Source of the DNA: an uncultured bacterium
Lineage (GTDB): Bacteria > Armatimonadota > UBA5829 > DTLH01
Assembly: GCA_964497515.1 (NCBI GenBank)
Contig: CAZCCV010000002.1
Span: forward strand, 62,252 to 126,251
DNA: 64,000 bases
Direction: 5' to 3'
Both the position numbers and the translations under genes were made by a program. The notes under the pieces are model-generated. The model saw only the letters and a list, made by a program, of their open reading frames with translations. It was not told where the DNA came from and did not search any database. Positions 34,747 through 43,930 of the stretch are shown in pieces; position 1 is the stretch's first letter; the number at the start of each line of letters is the position of its first letter.

Positions 34747-36174
34747 CTAATGGGGCGCTTCTTCGCACAGGATGCTTGCAATTGCCTGGCAAACGATCTC
34801 GTCTTCGTTCAGCAGAATAGTTCTCACATCCAGCAGAACCGTATCTTGGTGCACCCGAGCAAAAACAGGGGTAGGGTAGTGTCGAAGTTTGCGCGAAAGA
34901 GTCTCGGCTGAGATCTCTCTTGGCCTGATGCTGATCAGTTTTGTGGGCATCGTCTCAGCGGGAACCGACCCGCTTCCCACCTGAGACATTCCGTTCTCAA
35001 CACTTACAGATGCTTTGTCGCCAGTGTTAGCAATCAGGTTCTCTGCAATTGCTTTAGCGCGAGGGTCAAGCTGCTCAATGGTGAGAGAGAGCATCCTGTA
35101 AGTTGGATGATTTGCTTCCAGCTTGTCCAGGTCTAAGAAGAGTCTTAATGTAGCTTCGAGCGCGGCTACTTCCATCTTGCTAATTCTGAGCGCACGAGCC
35201 AGCGGATTCTTTTTGATTGCTGATACTACGGAAGTCTTACCAACGATAATCCCGCACTGTGGCCCGCCGATTAGTTTGTCCCCGCTGAAGCATACGGCAT
35301 CGGCTCCTGCTATTACACTCGAGGTAACCAGCGGCTCTCGTTCCATACCATAGCGGCTAATATCTACCAGGGCACCGCTCCCCACGTCGTCTATAAGCCA
35401 CAAGTTGTTTTCCTTCGCCAGTGGAGCTAGGTCATCAATAGAAGGTTCTTCCGAAAAACCCACGATTTTGTAGTTGCTGTGGTGAACTCTAAGTATTGCG
35501 CCTGTGTTTTCGTTGATGGCCTCAGCGTAGTCACTCAGGCGGGTCTTATTCGTGGTGCCAACTTCGCGAAGGATGGCACCGCTCATCTCCATGACTTCCG
35601 GCATTCTAAATGCTCCGCCGATTTCCACCAGTTGCCCTCGCGATATTATCACTTCTTTTCCTTTTGCGAGGGTGTTAAGGGTGATCATTGTTGCTGCAGC
35701 ATTGTTGTTCACTGCGGTGGCCGCTTCTGCACCCGTAAGTTCCGTAAGAATATCTCTAAAATGAATATCGCGGGTTTCCCGTTTTCCTGTTTCAATACTT
35801 GCTGCGAGGGTGCAATAGCCAGCAATGACATCATTCACGGCATCTATTGCAGCCTGTGGCATAGCAGCGCGCCCGAGGCCAGTGTGTAGAATCACACCCG
35901 TTGCATTAATGGCTCGACGAACTGAAGGAGATAGTTTCTTTGCTACGGCTTTCGATACACGTATTGTGATCGATTCTCGGTCTACACCAATCGGAGTATC
36001 TGAAGAGGCTGCGATTATCTCACGACGAACAGCTTCAACAGTCGCACGCGCGGCACTCACAACCAAATCCCGGCCGTGAGCTTGAGCGAGCTGCAGAAGC
36101 TCGGGTGTGTTCAGAAGCTCGTCTATTGACGGTAGAAGTCTCAGCGTATCTTTCATATGTCCAACCTCAGGCAT
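34747..36174 (-). CDS. selA: L-seryl-tRNA(Sec) selenium transferase
   Basis: Alignable with E. coli SelA over the whole length (GVILHTGLGRA, AVNNNAAA, GKEVIISRGQLVEIGGAFR, PLP-lysine motif FSGDKLIGGPQCGIIVG, RALRISKMEVAALEATL). An alternative start is the Met 6 codons downstream. Confidence 0.9.
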   Translation of the reverse strand: MPEVGHMKDTLRLLPSIDELLNTPELLQLAQAHGRDLVVSAARATVEAVRREIIAASSDTPIGVDRESITIRVSKAVAKKLSPSVRRAINATGVILHTGLGRAAMPQAAIDAVNDVIAGYCTLAASIETGKRETRDIHFRDILTELTGAEAATAVNNNAAATMITLNTLAKGKEVIISRGQLVEIGGAFRMPEVMEMSGAILREVGTTNKTRLSDYAEAINENTGAILRVHHSNYKIVGFSEEPSIDDLAPLAKENNLWLIDDVGSGALVDISRYGMEREPLVTSSVIAGADAVCFSGDKLIGGPQCGIIVGKTSVVSAIKKNPLARALRISKMEVAALEATLRLFLDLDKLEANHPTYRMLSLTIEQLDPRAKAIAENLIANTGDKASVSVENGMSQVGSGSVPAETMPTKLISIRPREISAETLSRKLRHYPTPVFARVHQDTVLLDVRTILLNEDEIVCQAIASILCEEAPH

Positions 36175-36248
36175 TCAGCTTGCTGTTGGAGAAAGCGAAT
36201 GTACATCGACAAGGGGCAGTATTCTCCGTGAACACTACCCCTCCATTG

Positions 36249-36334
36249 TGGTGCCGCAGAGAGGAGTTGAACCTCCACGTCCGTAAGGACACATGGTCCT
36301 GAACCATGCGCGTCTGCCATTCCGCCACTGCGGC
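36249..36334 (-). tRNA. tRNA-Leu (anticodon CAG), class II with long variable arm, CCA encoded
   Basis: Reverse complement GCCGCAGTGGCGGAATGGCAGACGCGCATGGTTCAGGACCATGTGTCCTTACGGACGTGGAGGTTCAACTCCTCTCTGCGGCACCA has a 7-bp acceptor stem GCCGCAG/CTGCGGC, anticodon stem CATGG/CCATG with loop TTCAGGA (anticodon CAG), a 15-nt variable arm, T-arm GGAGG-TTCAACT-CCTCT, discriminator A, and CCA. Confidence 0.8.
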
Positions 36335-36444
36335 CTAACGGTAGTAATTATATCGGCTGGCAGTTAGCGTGTCAATAGTCGCCACGCCATATTGCCAATT
36401 CTTGCTTTTGTTGGAGTAACAATGCCAACGGACGTATAACATAC

Positions 36445-37884
36445 ATGGTGGTGCTATCTATGGATTGCGACTTGGCTGGATACTTCATTGAAAAGATGAA
36501 AGAGACTATCGCCCGATTTGAAATGATCGAACCCGGCGATAAGCTCGTTGTCGGCGTCTCTGGTGGAGCAGATTCCGTCGCGCTCATCCACGCATTGGCT
36601 CAGTTGCAGGCTGAGTATAATCTTCAATTGGTTATTGGTCACCTGCATCACGGTATTAGGGGCAAAGAAGCTGATGAAGATGCCGAGTTCGTCGCTCGCC
36701 TTGCCGAATCACTTGGCCTGCCTTTGGACGCAATGAAGGAGGATGTTCCACGAGCGAAACGTACGATGAAGGTCGGTCTTGAAGAAGCAGCTCGAAGAGT
36801 CAGATACGAGTTTTTGGAAAGACTTGCAGATGAGTCTAAGGCTCAACGGATTGCAGTTGCTCATACCTCCGACGATCAGGCAGAGACTGTCCTTCTGAAC
36901 GTTCTTCGCGGATCCGGAATCGAAGGGCTTGTAGGTATTTCTCCGGTAAGAGGTCGAGTTGTTCGCCCTCTAATACAGCATTCTCGCCGAGAAATTGAGC
37001 AGTATCTTTCAGGTGTTGGGCAAGAGTGGCGGATCGATGCGAGCAATGTAGACACGTCGTACACCAGAAATCGCATTCGACACGATCTGATTCCTCACCT
37101 GCAGCAGAATTTTAATCCTGCTGTAAAAAATGCACTCCTAACGCTTTCGGAGATAGCCAGGGATGAGTCTGGATTCCTGCAAAGTGAGACCGCAAACGTA
37201 TTTCAATCGATCACAAGAGACCTCTCGTCCGACTGTGTAGCCTTCGACGCCGAAGCTTTTGGCGCATTACATATTGCGCTGAAACGGCGAACACTGCGCC
37301 GTGCGATTGAGTTGGTCAAAGGTGATTTGCTTGATGTAGAGTTCGAGCAGGTGGAAAGAGTAATCCGACATCTCGCGTGCGACCAGGACTTTTCCTTTAC
37401 TCTTCCCTCAGGCAGAGTATACGCTGCTCTTTCCGGAGGTGAACTGAAGGTCTTTAAACTATTATCACCTGAGGTTATAAACCTCTGCCGCAGCATCGCT
37501 GTTCCCGGCGTTACATCTGTTCCGGAGCTTGATATTCAACTGGCAGTCCGCCAGGTGGACGCGGCAATGCGACCAAGCTCTGATTCGGAAGCCGTCTTGG
37601 ATGCTGATTGTCTAGTTGGAAGACTCACTCTTCGAACCTGGCGGACGGGAGATCGTATTCAACCATTCGGAATGACAGGCAGAAAGAAAATCCAGGATCT
37701 ATTTGTAGACAACAAGATAGCTCGGGCGGATAGAGGCAGAATTCCTATTGTTGTGGACGACGAAAAGATAGTATGGGTTGTTGGTGTTTCAATGTCTGAG
37801 CTGGTGCGAGTGACGGCGAAAACGGAACGAGCGCTACATTTTGAAGCGTTGTCGGACTCGTCTATGCCAGGTCACACAGGGTAG
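36445..37884 (+). CDS. tilS: tRNA(Ile)-lysidine synthetase
   Basis: PP-loop LVVGVSGGADSVAL, HLHHGIRG, TilS substrate-binding and C-terminal domains (GDRIQPFGMTGRKKIQDLFVDNKI). Start could be Met at 36460 or 36496. Confidence 0.9.
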   Translation: MVVLSMDCDLAGYFIEKMKETIARFEMIEPGDKLVVGVSGGADSVALIHALAQLQAEYNLQLVIGHLHHGIRGKEADEDAEFVARLAESLGLPLDAMKEDVPRAKRTMKVGLEEAARRVRYEFLERLADESKAQRIAVAHTSDDQAETVLLNVLRGSGIEGLVGISPVRGRVVRPLIQHSRREIEQYLSGVGQEWRIDASNVDTSYTRNRIRHDLIPHLQQNFNPAVKNALLTLSEIARDESGFLQSETANVFQSITRDLSSDCVAFDAEAFGALHIALKRRTLRRAIELVKGDLLDVEFEQVERVIRHLACDQDFSFTLPSGRVYAALSGGELKVFKLLSPEVINLCRSIAVPGVTSVPELDIQLAVRQVDAAMRPSSDSEAVLDADCLVGRLTLRTWRTGDRIQPFGMTGRKKIQDLFVDNKIARADRGRIPIVVDDEKIVWVVGVSMSELVRVTAKTERALHFEALSDSSMPGHTG

Positions 37885-38118
37885 CTACCGTTCACAATAT
37901 GCTCGATTAATGCTACGGTTCAGTTAGCTATTGACAAAATTGACGTCTTCTTCAATACTGTAATAGAGAAGTCCCAGCAGTTGTCTCAGAGTAACACTCA
38001 ATTTGCGACAACGAGAGGTCTTCTCACAGAAAACGGATTGCAGTTGGCATCGGGTTTTTACGGATAGTTCGGTGCCGAAAACCCGTAGGCTGTAACTCGA
38101 GCAAACCATCTGAAGACT

Positions 38119-38556
38119 ATGTCTATTGAGATCGGGAGCACAGTAGAAGGGACTGTAGTCAAAATTGCTGACTACGGAGCTATAGTTCGTCTCTTCGGCG
38201 GCAAGATGGGGTTGGTGCACATATCAGAAGTGGCCGATGCTTACGTTCGGGATGTTAGGGACTACCTGAGTGAAAACGACTGCATATTTGTCAAAGTGCT
38301 CAGGGTGAACGACAAAGGGCGCTACGAACTCTCAGCAAAACAGGCAGATTCCGACGCTGTAAGCCGTCGTGAGCGCAAGTATCCTTCCAAACCCGAGTCT
38401 TCCGACCGTGAGATTCGAGAGCTTCAGCCTGAACGCCGCCAAAAAGTGCCGGTCACATTCGAAGACAAGCTCAGTAGGTTTCTCAAAGACAGCGAAGAAC
38501 GACAGTCTGATCTGAAGCGGAACATAGAGTCAAAACGAGGAAATAAGCGCAGGTAA
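38119..38556 (+). CDS. S1 RNA-binding domain protein (YabR/GSP13-like) with Arg/Glu-rich tail
   Basis: S1 fold motifs: GSTVEGTVVKIADYGAIVRLFGGKMGLVHISEV...IFVKVLRVNDKGRYELS. Confidence 0.8.
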   Translation: MSIEIGSTVEGTVVKIADYGAIVRLFGGKMGLVHISEVADAYVRDVRDYLSENDCIFVKVLRVNDKGRYELSAKQADSDAVSRRERKYPSKPESSDREIRELQPERRQKVPVTFEDKLSRFLKDSEERQSDLKRNIESKRGNKRR

Positions 38557-38883
38557 TTGCTACATCCTCGAATTATCTAATCATCCTCTGTCCTCGGCTC
38601 AAGAGGGCTGCTGGCAATTGCCTTCACGTATTCTCGTCAATTATTAGTGTATGGAGTCTCGGATTGCTACGCTAAGTGGGATCCAGAGCTCTCTTCCTCA
38701 GTAATCTCGAGGCAATTGAGGTCTTGTCCACAAATCCAGAGGCTTCACAGATACTCTCTGCTGTTCTGTTCGTCTAAATACATGAGTTGGTGCATTAGTA
38801 TCAGCAGAACAGTGCAAGATCAGGAAGTAGTAAAGACGTGGGATCGAATACTCTTTCGACTCCCCAACAAGGAGGGAGCTGCC

Positions 38884-40137
38884 ATGAAAACACATTTCAG
38901 CCTTACCAGGACTCTCTGCCTGATGATCGTCCTCGTCTTTGCCATCGTAAGCATAGCGAGCGCTGGTGCTGTTCTGAAGCGCGACAACAATAACCGCGAC
39001 AAGGATGATAAGCCAGCAGTAACGGAGCGCTCGAAAACCAAAGGCGACTCCAGATCGTCAGATAGAAGCCGCTCAACGCCCAGCAACAATGAGCGAGACA
39101 ATAGCCGGGTTCAGCGACCGACTCCACGAGAAGGTTCGGATCGGTCCGGTGCACGCACCAATGACACCATCCGACGCCCTGACCCAATCGGCCCTACTGT
39201 TCGAAACCAGAACGATCAGCAGGATAGAACAACTACGAGACCGCGGAGCAATCAGCCCAACAGGCCTGGGTCGGTCAGAACTCCTAATACTAACAGGGAT
39301 CCTAACCGAACTATGGTCGATCGGCAGATAAACTCCACTCCGGGAGTTCGGCCGGGTCGTGTGCAGAGCCAGAGCCCACCGACAAAAGTCGATACGCGAA
39401 GTTCTGTTTACCGTATTCAACAGACCAGAAACGACAGGGTTTATACTCGACCTATGGAGAGGCCTGTCTATGTGAAGCAGAGTGTATATCGGGCGCCAGT
39501 TTATCGGAGCGGATACTACCACTATTACGATGGATGGGCGCCGTACTACGACTATCCACTGCGCTATGGCTACTGGTACTTTGACTACTACACCGGAGCA
39601 GTGCGCTCTGCGTATCATTACTACGAGTATTTCCCGTATGTAGCTAGCACAACGATTATTGTGCATAGACGACCAACTATGCTCACCTATGTGGAGATAC
39701 CGATAGTCATCCGCCAGACCAGCACGTACTACGGAAGTGGTTACTATCTTGAGGATGCTGCTTTCAATGCGGCGGGAATCGTATTGAGCAACTTGAAGAG
39801 ATCGTGGTTGGACAACTATCCCGAACTGCTGCTGCAGTATGTCAGGAAGGGTTCCAGAATCGATGTTCTCTTGGATGGAGCGTATTCCTATTCGGTTAAT
39901 GGTGAAGACTATATTAATATGACCGAGGATGCCATTATGGCAACAGAGACAATCAGCTTCGATATCCTTTCGGTCAGGCGGAGAGGCAGCGATAGAGTAG
40001 TCGCTTACGCCAAACACAGGTTCTACAACCCTTACGGTGAAAAGAAGACCGTTTACGTGAGTTATGTATTTGAGCAGCGGAATGGTCGCTGGAACATCGT
40101 TGAGGTTGGTTCATCGCCAAAGCGGTTCTGGAAGTAG
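38884..40137 (+). CDS. Secreted hypothetical protein: signal peptide, about 170-aa Arg/Ser/Thr/Asn/Pro-rich disordered region, Tyr-rich segment, C-terminal NTF2-like (DUF4440/SnoaL-like) domain
   Basis: AGGAGG RBS then ATG 38884 (MKTHFSLTRTLCLMIVLVFAIVSIASA). Low-complexity RSRSTPSNNERDNSR...RPRSNQPNRPG region; 42-aa segment with about 16 Tyr (YYHYYDGWAPYYDYPLRYGYWYF...); C-terminus ...FEQRNGRWNIVEV is typical of NTF2-like folds. The upstream 79 codons of the track ORF have no RBS and read as non-coding. Confidence 0.6.
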   Translation: MKTHFSLTRTLCLMIVLVFAIVSIASAGAVLKRDNNNRDKDDKPAVTERSKTKGDSRSSDRSRSTPSNNERDNSRVQRPTPREGSDRSGARTNDTIRRPDPIGPTVRNQNDQQDRTTTRPRSNQPNRPGSVRTPNTNRDPNRTMVDRQINSTPGVRPGRVQSQSPPTKVDTRSSVYRIQQTRNDRVYTRPMERPVYVKQSVYRAPVYRSGYYHYYDGWAPYYDYPLRYGYWYFDYYTGAVRSAYHYYEYFPYVASTTIIVHRRPTMLTYVEIPIVIRQTSTYYGSGYYLEDAAFNAAGIVLSNLKRSWLDNYPELLLQYVRKGSRIDVLLDGAYSYSVNGEDYINMTEDAIMATETISFDILSVRRRGSDRVVAYAKHRFYNPYGEKKTVYVSYVFEQRNGRWNIVEVGSSPKRFWK

Positions 40138-40175
40138 AACCTCTGCCAATTGTGCAAATAGCATAGAGAAAGTGC

Positions 40176-40208
40176 GAAGGCCGGCCGAGTGTCGGCCTTC
40201 GTTTTTGT
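40176..40208 (+). terminator. Rho-independent terminator
   Basis: AAGGCCG-gccgagtgt-CGGCCTT followed by CGTTTTTGTTC. Confidence 0.6.
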
Positions 40209-40349
40209 TCTATTCAGCAATATTTCCCCTGAAGCTGTCCTCCAATGTTGAGTTCACTTCTATCTTACATCCCCTTACTCTTTTCTGCTAAGATAGTTGG
40301 TAACGTAGCCGTAATCACGAGAAACTGTGCTTGTGGGAAAGAGGAATAA

Positions 40350-40940
40350 TTGGTATTGCGCACAATCCCGCTAGTAGTCATCTGTGTTTTGCTCTCCGGA
40401 TGGGCAATAGCTATGCCCACAGCTGAAGTCAGCACAAAAACGCTGCGCGTATCTGCTACTGCGCACACGCTGGAAAGCGGTGCTGATGCTAGCTCGCGCA
40501 TCTTTGAACTAAGCTACGGCGTCACTCCCACTATTGGAATTGAGGCCGAACTTGCGCGAATTGCCGATGATTTTGGCAAAACGAGTGTAGCAAACGCTTA
40601 TGTGAAGCTTCCTTTAGACACCCGGAGTTCATCTGAGCTCAAAACTTCAGCGTACATTGGGGCTACTATGGTTCGGGTGGATCTTCACGGTCTCGGAGCG
40701 GAGAGCAGGGTGGGGCCGGCGCTTGGGATTATAGCAGAGACTCCTGTGGCAGAGTATACAACAGCCTACGGCCGTGCCGGGGTTGCTTTCCTTGCCAGCA
40801 CAATGTTCACCTTCGACCTGGGTATCAAATACGAAATCAGACCAGGTTGGCATTTGTCAACCGGATTTAGAGGCTACACTATTGGCAGTTCAGCGCTCGG
40901 TGGGTTTTTAGCTGGCGCGACTTACACCATTTCTCTGTAG
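40350..40940 (+). CDS. Putative outer-membrane beta-barrel protein (about 195 aa)
   Basis: Signal peptide; alternating hydrophobic/polar beta-strand pattern throughout (SAYIGATMVRVDL, GVAFLASTMFTFDLGIKYEI, GFLAGATYTISL). TTG start; no family assignment. Confidence 0.4.
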   Translation: MVLRTIPLVVICVLLSGWAIAMPTAEVSTKTLRVSATAHTLESGADASSRIFELSYGVTPTIGIEAELARIADDFGKTSVANAYVKLPLDTRSSSELKTSAYIGATMVRVDLHGLGAESRVGPALGIIAETPVAEYTTAYGRAGVAFLASTMFTFDLGIKYEIRPGWHLSTGFRGYTIGSSALGGFLAGATYTISL

Positions 40941-41038
40941 CCTGTGCCGTTCGGATTCTAGTCGTTTGGACTTCTCGGATCAATGGGTAATTTGCTATTG
41001 CTCAGCTTTTTGTCAGTCACCTTTCATTGAGGGTTACG

Positions 41039-41503
41039 ATGAGAGTGGAACCAGTGGTATCTGATGTGGAGTTTCAAATACCGGCTAAGGCCAGTTACGT
41101 TGCTGTTGTCAGAAGAGCGGTTAGGGCTCTTGTGCGAGCAGCCGGTTTTGATGTCAGCGCCCGACAGGATATTGAGGTTGCTGTAGGTGAAGCTGTAACC
41201 AATGCTGTTTCTTATGGAAGCCCGAATGGAGTCGACAGCCGGGTGAGTATTCGCTGCAAAACCACAGATCATAAGATCACAATCGAGGTGGAGGACGATG
41301 GCAGTGACGTTTGCCCGCCGCGTCCGACGCCCAATTCATTGAACAGTAGAGAGCACGGCCGCGGAATGCATCTGATTCATCGACTGATGGATAGAGTATC
41401 GATGCGCTGCAGCGAAAGAGGCCTCACTGTAAAAATGGTGAAGCGTAACCGCAAGCATAGCGCTGCAATACTAGCCAAAAAGCTTGCATCCGGAGCTACG
41501 TGA
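41039..41503 (+). CDS. Anti-sigma regulatory factor / serine-protein kinase (RsbW/SpoIIAB family, HATPase_c)
   Basis: N-box VGEAVTNAVSYG, G1 box EDDGSDV, G2-like HGRGMHLIHRLMD; 154 aa. GAGGG RBS 6 nt upstream of ATG 41039. Confidence 0.75.
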   Translation: MRVEPVVSDVEFQIPAKASYVAVVRRAVRALVRAAGFDVSARQDIEVAVGEAVTNAVSYGSPNGVDSRVSIRCKTTDHKITIEVEDDGSDVCPPRPTPNSLNSREHGRGMHLIHRLMDRVSMRCSERGLTVKMVKRNRKHSAAILAKKLASGAT

Positions 41504-41524
41504 AAGGCTGCCCCTAAGACCCCG

Positions 41525-43111
41525 CTACTCAGCTAGTTCTGTTGGTGGCTCCTCTTCTTTCTCCAGCTTGCCTTCAAGTTCTTCCTCGAAACGTGTGAGT
41601 GCATCACTTGCGGCCGCAGGCAGCTTGAGCTCACGTGCCGCAGCTATTGCTGCCTTGGCCTCATCCTTCTTGCCGTGGTCGATCAAGAAATCCACCAACG
41701 CCAAGTGCGCGTCGGGGTTCTCAGAATCCAGCTCAATGACCGTTCGATACTCCTTTTCGGCGAAATCAACCTTGCCTGCTGACTCGTACACAATTGCCAG
41801 CGCATAATGCGGATCAGACCAGTTGGGTGCTGATTCGATTAACGCTTTCAGTTCTCTTGTTGCGCCATCATAATCCTTCTGGCGGTTCAGTACGCGAGAG
41901 AGCATAATGGGTCCGGCAGGGTCGTTGGGAGATAGTCGAATAGCCTCCTTCGCAAGAGCGTTGCACTCCTCGAGCTTCTCTTCATCCGTCATCAGCAATT
42001 CCGCGAGTGCAAGAATCGGTCGAGTATCCTTGGGATCATCTTTCATCGCTTGGCGGAAGCCCGCTTCAGCTTCGGTGAGCCTGGACTGAGCCAAGCAAAC
42101 AAATCCCAGTTCCAGTCTGCCACCGGGTACAGTAGAATCCAGCTTGAGTGCCGCTTCAATGGATTTAGCAGCCTCATCCAGCTTCCCTTGTGATGCAAGG
42201 CTGGTTCCGGAAAGAAGCTGAAGAATTGTACTCTTCGGGCGATATTCCAACGCGCGTTTAGCCAGTTCAGCCGTAGTTGGCAGCCTGTTTGTTGCTGCGG
42301 CAAACGCCACACACGCCGCCTGGAAACTCTTCTCTGCATCATCGACTCTGGCAAGTGAGTCGGATGGTTTATATAGACTATCTGTGTGCATTCCCGACTT
42401 CGTCAGAAATGTGGCCAGAGTTGTTGCCGGCACGACCTGGTAGAATACAGCCGGTTTCTTTCCACCTTCGATGATGACTCTCGCAAGAAAAACTCCTACC
42501 GCACCTGAACCTGATTTGGTAACAAGTGCAGCTTTGGGAGCCTTTTCAGGTGGTGTCACTTTTGAGAGAAACAGCCAGTCACGGCTGCGGATTTCAGTAA
42601 GGCAAGCGTTCGCAGCTTCCATTCTAGCGACAGTGTACTTTACCGGTTTGTGCTCCACATCCAGAGCATAAATCGTTGTCGGAAACCGCTGTCCTACTTC
42701 CTCGCCTGAGACAATATCTCCATAGGATGCTTTGGGGGCTTTGTCTATTACATCCTTGGTGACCAACCTGACGCTAGGTGAGGCAGGTGTTTTGATTCTA
42801 AGGAGTGCGATGCGAGCCAGTTCATCTGTGGCAACGACAGTGGCAGGATACACGTCACCTGTCCACTTGCTCGCTACGACAATCTGGCTAACAGGAATTC
42901 GCTTTCCAGATGGCGACTTCTCCGACACAGCATCAATCGAAGTCACAACGTAGCTGCCATCACCAACGGTGAATCCGGATGCTGTCCAGCCACTAGTTCG
43001 TCCGAAGCTGAACACTGCTACAATGGAGTCTTCTTCGGCTGCGAATGCTGCTACCGCCAGTGCGATAACGAATAATACGACGACAAATGCACGGCACGCT
43101 AGTCTGTTCAT
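41525..43111 (-). CDS. Secreted TPR-repeat protein with N-terminal degenerate trypsin-like (S1C-like) domain
   Basis: Signal peptide MNRLACRAFVVVLFVIALAVAAFA. N-terminal region (GSGFTVGDGSYVVTSIDAV...ARIALLRI) resembles the HtrA-type protease N-terminus but lacks the catalytic His. The C-terminal ~350 aa is about 8 TPR/Sel1-like helical repeats (YALAIVYESAGKVDFAEKEYRTVIELD...). Confidence 0.6.
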   Translation of the reverse strand: MNRLACRAFVVVLFVIALAVAAFAAEEDSIVAVFSFGRTSGWTASGFTVGDGSYVVTSIDAVSEKSPSGKRIPVSQIVVASKWTGDVYPATVVATDELARIALLRIKTPASPSVRLVTKDVIDKAPKASYGDIVSGEEVGQRFPTTIYALDVEHKPVKYTVARMEAANACLTEIRSRDWLFLSKVTPPEKAPKAALVTKSGSGAVGVFLARVIIEGGKKPAVFYQVVPATTLATFLTKSGMHTDSLYKPSDSLARVDDAEKSFQAACVAFAAATNRLPTTAELAKRALEYRPKSTILQLLSGTSLASQGKLDEAAKSIEAALKLDSTVPGGRLELGFVCLAQSRLTEAEAGFRQAMKDDPKDTRPILALAELLMTDEEKLEECNALAKEAIRLSPNDPAGPIMLSRVLNRQKDYDGATRELKALIESAPNWSDPHYALAIVYESAGKVDFAEKEYRTVIELDSENPDAHLALVDFLIDHGKKDEAKAAIAAARELKLPAAASDALTRFEEELEGKLEKEEEPPTELAE

Positions 43112-43126
43112 AGTAATACTTTATCA

Positions 43127-43483
43127 CTAGTCTGGCAGTTCGGCAATCTCACCGCCTTTTTCGTCAACAATGCGGATATCCATCAGATCGCCAAAGCGGA
43201 CAGTCTCAAGAACATAGTTCGGGTGGCTACCTATAGTGACAACAACAGAGAGTCGTTTGCCTCGTGAGGTCAATTTCTTTCCAGATTTTGCGAGATAAGC
43301 GAGCACGGCAGTATCGATGAATGTAGCGGCTTTGAGGTCTACAACAACGGAGGTCGCATTCTTTGCGGCTTGCCAAAGTCTCAGTCCGAACTCATCCGAG
43401 TTACTCAAATCGAGCTCTCCAATGCACTCAAAGACGGTGTCTTGTCCAATTTCTGTTATCTTTACCTTTGCTGTGTCATTCAT
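43127..43483 (-). CDS. STAS-domain anti-sigma-factor antagonist (SpoIIAA/RsbV-like)
   Basis: 118 aa from ATG 43483 (GAGGAG RBS): FECIGELDLSNSDEF...VVVDLKAATFIDTAVLAYL, with Thr at the phosphorylatable position. The upstream 43 codons of the track ORF are rejected. Confidence 0.75.
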   Translation of the reverse strand: MNDTAKVKITEIGQDTVFECIGELDLSNSDEFGLRLWQAAKNATSVVVDLKAATFIDTAVLAYLAKSGKKLTSRGKRLSVVVTIGSHPNYVLETVRFGDLMDIRIVDEKGGEIAELPD

Positions 43484-43634
43484 AGTGCGCTCTCCTCTTT
43501 CACTGCTCTGTGTCATTCCCATTTTGGGTAGATGACAAACCCACAACCATTGAAGTCTCGATGTATCTGGTCGGTTGCAGGTAAGGCCCGGTGAATGATA
43601 TAATCTCAGCATTCCGAAGCACGAACGGAGAAGG

Positions 43635-43928
43635 GTGTTGAAGCTAACAAAAGAGCAAGTTGCTCAAATAGCACTTCTGGCTAGACTGGAGCTTTCCGAG
43701 GACGAAACCGATGCTCTAAGTTTGCGCCTCAACAGGCTGTTGGAGAGCTTTGAGTCACTTCAGGAACTCGATACCGCAAATGTCGAGCCCACTTCCCACA
43801 CAATTCCTGTCCACAATGTGCTGAGAGCTGATGTGGTCAAGCCGTCTCTTGACCCGGAGGCTGTACTCGCAAACGCTCCTGCACGAATGGGCGATACTTT
43901 TGAAGTTCCCAGGATCGTGGAGACATAA
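43635..43928 (+). CDS. gatC: Glutamyl-tRNA(Gln) amidotransferase subunit C
   Basis: [21 protein letters not shown]...[10 protein letters not shown] is typical GatC; GTG start; directly upstream of gatA-gatB. Confidence 0.85.
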   Translation: MLKLTKEQVAQIALLARLELSEDETDALSLRLNRLLESFESLQELDTANVEPTSHTIPVHNVLRADVVKPSLDPEAVLANAPARMGDTFEVPRIVET

Positions 43929-43930
43929 CT

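Noticed and set aside
36249-36334. tRNA-Sec (selC) next to selA
   Set aside because: Anticodon loop reads TTCAGGA (CAG = Leu); acceptor stem is 7 bp rather than 8-9; the length and variable arm fit class-II tRNA-Leu.
38647-38883. 79-codon N-terminal extension of the secreted hypothetical protein ORF
   Set aside because: AGGAGG RBS and a textbook signal peptide start at 38884; the upstream part is Cys/Ser-rich without coding character.
43484-43612. N-terminal extension of the STAS-protein ORF (43 codons)
   Set aside because: A GAGGAG RBS immediately precedes the internal ATG at 43483, and the extension (MLRLYHSPGLTCNRPDTSRLQWLWVCH...) has no STAS-family counterpart.
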